A stretch of 64,000 bases of DNA from an uncultured Gemmatimonadales bacterium (GTDB taxonomy: Bacteria > Gemmatimonadota > Gemmatimonadetes > Gemmatimonadales > Gemmatimonadaceae), in the NCBI GenBank assembly GCA_963701965.1, contig OY969695.1, positions 736,001 through 800,000 of the forward strand, read 5' to 3'. The position numbers and the translations under genes are program-made. The stretch's first letter is position 1; the number at the start of each line of letters is the position of its first letter. The notes under the pieces were generated by a model. That model was not told where the DNA came from. It did not search any database and saw only the letters and a program-made list of their open reading frames with translations. This document shows, piece by piece, positions 59,474 through 64,000 of this stretch.

Positions 59474-61384
59474 CTACATGGCGGGGGCTTTCAGGTACTG
59501 ATCGAACCAACGCACGGTCCGTTCCAGCATATCCCGCCGGTGCGCGGGATTTCGGAAGCCGTGGCCTTCGTCCGGATACACGATGAGCTCTGACGTGACG
59601 CCGTTTTGCTTCACCCCACGCCAGAACTCGAACGATTGCGGAGCGGGACACTCGACGTCGCGCTCGCCGGCCATGACCATCGTCGGGGTACGCACCTGCT
59701 TGATGAAGTTGATCGGCGAGCTCTTGGCGTAGACGTCCGGATTGTCGTACACATAGGCGCCGAAGTACGGCAGCATCCACTCATTGATACCGTTCTCGCC
59801 GGTGTAGCTCACAAAGTCGGAGACGCCTGCACCGGCCAACGCGGCTTTAAACCGCGTGGTCTGCGTCACGGCCCACATGGTCATGTACCCACCGTAGCTC
59901 CAGCCGGTGAGACCTAACCGCGCGCTATCAACCGGAAAGCGCCGGATGACCGTATCGACGCCGGCCATGATATCGCGCAGATCGCCATAGCCAAAGTCTT
60001 TCACATTGGCTCGTGTGAACGCCTCACCTTGGCCATAACTGCCGCGCGGGTTGGGCATGAAAACGAAATAGCCTTGTCGCGAGAGCGCCCCGGCAATCGC
60101 TTGCTCGGACATCCACCGCCCGGCCTGAGCCTCCGCAGGACCACCGTGCACCTGCACGATCATGGGGTAGTGTTGCCCCGGAGTGAAAGTCGCCGGGTAG
60201 ACGAGCCAGCCCTGCACGGTGAACGCATCGCTTTTCCATTCGACGCTCTCGGCTTTGCCATACGCCGGCGTGACACCGGCGTTGACGTGCGTTAGCTGCT
60301 CCAAATGCGCCCCCGAGCTAACCCAGATCTCTGGCGCTTCGGCGAACGACTCGTGTTCGACAGCGATCGTCTGGCCGTCGCGGGAGACGGACGCCGATGG
60401 GATGGGGCCACCATCAGTCGTCAGATGAGCGTTCAGCCGGTATAGCACTTTCGCCGTCCCGCTGCGGCTATCCAGCGTTTCGATTTCGGTACCGGCACTC
60501 GCCCAGGCCGTGACGACCAGCTGGTGGGCAACCGTTGTCCATGCCAGATCTGACGGGGATGTCGTGATGCCCTGGGTGATGTTTCGGGGTTCTCCCCCGG
60601 TCGCCGAGACCACCCAGACGTCGCCTCCGGTGACGCCCTGATCGCTCATGATCCCGCCGATGTAGGCGATCTCCGAGCCGTCCGACGACCACCTGGGCAC
60701 GGCGATCTGCGTGGTCGGGCGGGCAATCTCTATTGGAGTACCCGAATCGACCGGCGCTGCATACAGACGGGCTGTCCACCAGTTGTTGTTGCCCGACCCC
60801 GTGGCGGCGCTGATGACGAGCTTGCGGGCATCCGGCGCCCAATCGAACTCGTACACGTAGAGGTCAGCGGGCGTGATGATGCGTAAAAGCCCCGTCTCGA
60901 GATTGACGACGGCGAGATGCTGCCGCTCGACCTGATCACCAATCACGCCGGTGTCCCGCGGCGACGCTTGCGTCGGCCCGAACGCGATCTCCTCGGGCTT
61001 GGAGTACAGCATGGCCAGGGTCTTACCGTCCGGCGAGAAGCGTAAGTCCTGCGCCTCGCCGGGGATGGTCGCAATGACCCTGCTCTGACCGTCGGTGATC
61101 GATGCGAGAGTCAGCGCGCCGCCAGGCGCGAGAAACGCGACCGACTTGCTGTCGGGCGACCATTCGAGGCTGGACGCGGCCCCAAAGGTGCGAAGCGGCG
61201 CGCGGGGTGACCGGCGGTCCAAAATCACCACACCGGGAGCGCCCGTACGCGACGAGTCGGTTGGGTTGGGTCCTATCCACGCCACGAGCCGTCCATCGGG
61301 CGAGATCGAGACGTCGGCGAATCGGCGCGCCGCGTGGGTCGGCGGCGGCACCAAAAGGGCGGAGAGTAGAAGAAGAACATGCAT
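59474..61384 (-). CDS. S9 family peptidase
   Basis: HGGP, GWSYGG, D, HGF; N-terminal propeller repeats. Confidence 0.93.
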   Translation of the reverse strand: MHVLLLLSALLVPPPTHAARRFADVSISPDGRLVAWIGPNPTDSSRTGAPGVVILDRRSPRAPLRTFGAASSLEWSPDSKSVAFLAPGGALTLASITDGQSRVIATIPGEAQDLRFSPDGKTLAMLYSKPEEIAFGPTQASPRDTGVIGDQVERQHLAVVNLETGLLRIITPADLYVYEFDWAPDARKLVISAATGSGNNNWWTARLYAAPVDSGTPIEIARPTTQIAVPRWSSDGSEIAYIGGIMSDQGVTGGDVWVVSATGGEPRNITQGITTSPSDLAWTTVAHQLVVTAWASAGTEIETLDSRSGTAKVLYRLNAHLTTDGGPIPSASVSRDGQTIAVEHESFAEAPEIWVSSGAHLEQLTHVNAGVTPAYGKAESVEWKSDAFTVQGWLVYPATFTPGQHYPMIVQVHGGPAEAQAGRWMSEQAIAGALSRQGYFVFMPNPRGSYGQGEAFTRANVKDFGYGDLRDIMAGVDTVIRRFPVDSARLGLTGWSYGGYMTMWAVTQTTRFKAALAGAGVSDFVSYTGENGINEWMLPYFGAYVYDNPDVYAKSSPINFIKQVRTPTMVMAGERDVECPAPQSFEFWRGVKQNGVTSELIVYPDEGHGFRNPAHRRDMLERTVRWFDQYLKAPAM

Positions 61385-61530
61385 ATTGCGTGAGGTTGAC
61401 GTCGAGGTTGGTCGTAGCCACAGGCTATCGCCGTTCCCATCGCCACGCAAGGGGTCGGCCCAGCGTCGCCGCTCACTCGCCGTGCTTTGCGATCCAAAGC
61501 TCAGGCGTCTGTCACCGTTGGCACACATGC

Positions 61531-61572
61531 AAATCCGCGCGACCAACTCAAGCGAGTTAGCCGCGCGGATTT
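61531..61572 (-). terminator. Hairpin downstream of tRNA fragment
   Basis: AAATCCGCGCG/CGCGCGGATTT. Confidence 0.55.
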
Positions 61573-61586
61573 GTTGTCAATTTGTA

Positions 61587-61619
61587 TAGCGGGGGCGGGA
61601 TTTGAACCCGCGACCTTCC
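61587..61619 (-). repeat. 3' fragment of tRNA-fMet-like gene (att site)
   Basis: GAAGGTCGCGGGTTCAAATCCCGCCCCCGCTA; no anticodon or D arm upstream. Confidence 0.75.
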
Positions 61620-61882
61620 GGTACCGACTAGACCGTTTCAGTGCTACGTCGCGGCGAATCAACGCGCGTTTGGCGCGAAACGCGCTCCGCGGCGGCCGGA
61701 ATAGGGCGAAAGTCGCTCCGAAAGTGTCAGGAAAAATCGGAGTCGCTGCGCTCATGAGCCGGGCGCAATTCTATCACAATTGTGCTCCTGTGTTGTCCGA
61801 GCGGTCGACGACCGCCCGCACGCGTTCAGGGAGCCGCGCAACCAGCAACCACCCCGCGGCCCGCGCGGCAGCAATCGCCGCC

Positions 61883-64000
61883 TCAATCGCCTCGCGCGTC
61901 AGAATGAGACGGTTTTGGCTGAGGAATACCTGTCGGTTGGCACACCAATCGATACTCGCAGCGACGACACTTGCACTCGTCCCAACTCGGGCGCGGGAGA
62001 TCGCGCCCGCGCCGTACCCTGTCGCGTAGCATGTCTACGACCATAGAGACCCGTATGCGCCAGTCGTTCAACCAGGCTGGCGTGATCGATATAACGCGAG
62101 ACTCGCCAACGCTGGTGAAGAAGAATACGAACTCCCGCAACTGCTCCACGCCGACCACCTCGGCAAACGCGAGTGCATACACAGCCGCCTGGATCTCGTA
62201 TTCCTTGAATTCCAGATCGAGAACGCGACCTAACTCAGGACCGGACACGTGATAGATGCCGGTCTTGGCATCAAGTATCCGCCAACCGTCGCGCTCTTGC
62301 CACACGCAGTCCAGTGTACCACGGAGCCGGATGTCCTCCCGCAGTTTGGCGACGAACGGTACCTCTCGATTCCGTCGGATCGCCCCCGCAATCCGACCGT
62401 TCCACTCACTCGCGAGGTAGTGTTCGGCGTGCCGCAGCAACGCCGCGATGTTGAGAGTCGCCTCTTCATCCGACATAGGCCGATGGCGTAGTAAGGCTCG
62501 CTTCATGGCGGCAGCCTGGCCCGCCTTGTCAGCATCAGGTTCCAACAGTTGCAAGAACTCGTGCAGTATCTGTCCGAGTGCCGCGGGTGCGATATTCTCA
62601 ATCACCGGGCCTTCCGCCACTGCCTCGATCTTGTTTGTCGATAGACTTGTCACGTAGCCGTAGTGATGCTTCCAGTCGCAGGATGCAAACTGCATCAGTT
62701 CACTCGCGCCAAACTCCGTCCGGAGGGGAGACCGGTCGAAGAGCGACCCCGCCCGATCCGTGACTGACTTGGGCCATGGCTGAGGCTCCGATGTCGGCGC
62801 CGCCGGGGGCGAGCCTGCGGAACGATCTACCGGTTTCGCTAACCATTCGCGCGGCCGGGTCTTGCTAATGGCTTGGATAGCCAGTGCAGGCGGCCCGCCG
62901 AGACCGCCTTCGAGTGTCGGCGGAAGACTCCGCGTCGCCTCCAAGCCGCGAAGAATGGGCGCCGCCCAACCGGCGGCCTTCTGCCCATTCGAGGCCCCGT
63001 ACTTGAACTCAGATTCACTCCCTCGAATCGCCGGATATAAATAACGCAACCAGTGGTCGACGCCACTCTTCGATCGCCATTCGCCTTTGGGATGCAGTGA
63101 ATAGGCCTCGTGAAGGGAGGGAGCCCCTGCAAGAATGAGTCGGTCTCGTGCGCGCGTGGCCGCCACGTAGAACAGCCGTTTTGCTTCAGCGTAGTCACGG
63201 GCCATCGCGGCTTCCTCGTAACGTTCCCAAATTCGGGATGGCTCCAACACGGGCGATTGAGAGCGCTCGTCGCGGAGCACAAGCCGCGTCGGGAGCGCAA
63301 CGCCGATCTTGGGCGCGAGGCCGACATGGCCTTCCCCAGGTTTACGGCAGAGCTTTTCTTCTAGCCCCGTGAGAAAGACATACGGCCACTCCAGCCCTTT
63401 CGCCTTATGCACGGTCGATATGACTACCACGTCATTGTCCGGCGTATAGATCGGCGCCTCATCCTCGGGCTCAGCGCGACGCACACGCGCGCCGATGCTC
63501 TCGACAAAGTGAGCTAGAGGCTCGCTCCCCCCAGTGCGCACGATTCGTAGAAACTTGTCGATATTGCGAAGCCCGGCTGGCGCGTCCGGTGCACCAGACA
63601 AGAACACCCGATACGCGGTCTCGGTGATAGCCACGTCAAGCAGCTGATGGTGTGGCAGCCTGTCCTTCAGGCCTATGAGGAGTTGCAGCAAGGCCAGCGC
63701 GTCCTCGACACGGCGGAGGCGCACCGCATTCGTTACGAACGCAGACGCTCCCTTGAGCGCGTCGAACAGCGACGCACTGCCGGCCTTCGTAGGCGGGCCT
63801 TTTCTGGAAGTCGCTTGCGTCAGCTCGAAAAGCGCGAGATCGTCCACTCCCCCAAGAGGCGAGCGCAGGAACGCCGCCAGGACCACCGGATCCACCGGAT
63901 CGGCCACGGCGCGAAGCAGGTTGACTAGGTCCTGAATTTCGGGGCGGGCATACAGGCCACGCCCGCCGTAGACGTAACAATCAATTCCGCGCTGCCGCAG
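61883..64000 (-). CDS. AddA/AdnB-like UvrD helicase-nuclease (starts beyond right edge)
   Basis: STVHKAKGLEW, RLFYVAATRARD, GTLD..ILDAKTG, Q..VY, Cys plus CRRC..C. Confidence 0.88.
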   Translation of the reverse strand: MRQRGIDCYVYGGRGLYARPEIQDLVNLLRAVADPVDPVVLAAFLRSPLGGVDDLALFELTQATSRKGPPTKAGSASLFDALKGASAFVTNAVRLRRVEDALALLQLLIGLKDRLPHHQLLDVAITETAYRVFLSGAPDAPAGLRNIDKFLRIVRTGGSEPLAHFVESIGARVRRAEPEDEAPIYTPDNDVVVISTVHKAKGLEWPYVFLTGLEEKLCRKPGEGHVGLAPKIGVALPTRLVLRDERSQSPVLEPSRIWERYEEAAMARDYAEAKRLFYVAATRARDRLILAGAPSLHEAYSLHPKGEWRSKSGVDHWLRYLYPAIRGSESEFKYGASNGQKAAGWAAPILRGLEATRSLPPTLEGGLGGPPALAIQAISKTRPREWLAKPVDRSAGSPPAAPTSEPQPWPKSVTDRAGSLFDRSPLRTEFGASELMQFASCDWKHHYGYVTSLSTNKIEAVAEGPVIENIAPAALGQILHEFLQLLEPDADKAGQAAAMKRALLRHRPMSDEEATLNIAALLRHAEHYLASEWNGRIAGAIRRNREVPFVAKLREDIRLRGTLDCVWQERDGWRILDAKTGIYHVSGPELGRVLDLEFKEYEIQAAVYALAFAEVVGVEQLREFVFFFTSVGESRVISITPAWLNDWRIRVSMVVDMLRDRVRRGRDLPRPSWDECKCRRCEYRLVCQPTGIPQPKPSHSDARGD

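Noticed and set aside
1..64000. CRISPR array, cas genes, rRNA
   Set aside because: None seen by eye; the Cas4-like Cys staple belongs to the helicase-nuclease.

Overview
GC-rich bacterial window; the gene repertoire would fit Gemmatimonadota or a similar lineage, but that is an impression, not tested. Left part (1-21 kb): sensor kinase, a cobalamin module with two B12 riboswitches (FhuF-like gene, cobC-like, cbiE), an hpnI remnant plus hpnJ, a Cus-type RND efflux operon, a merA-less mer-like operon containing a probable UxxC selenoprotein lipoprotein with a SECIS-like hairpin, and an organoarsenical-type ars cluster. Middle (22-43 kb): two related integrative elements in tandem at a tRNA-Met(CAT) gene, with a 44-bp att duplication and arm repeats. 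Their tyrosine integrases lack the canonical first Arg, and the intact one reads through the att site. Cargo includes an IS-interrupted ABC-3C/Lamassu-type system, an IS21 with non-TG ends, nested IS3 elements, and HEPN-like and immunity-like genes. Right part (43.9-61.4 kb): backbone-like genes, then a tRNA-fMet 3' fragment marking the edge of a further island with a helicase-nuclease. Many genes carry single-base frameshifts, probably partly assembly indels. Product calls come from motif recognition only; no database searches were run.
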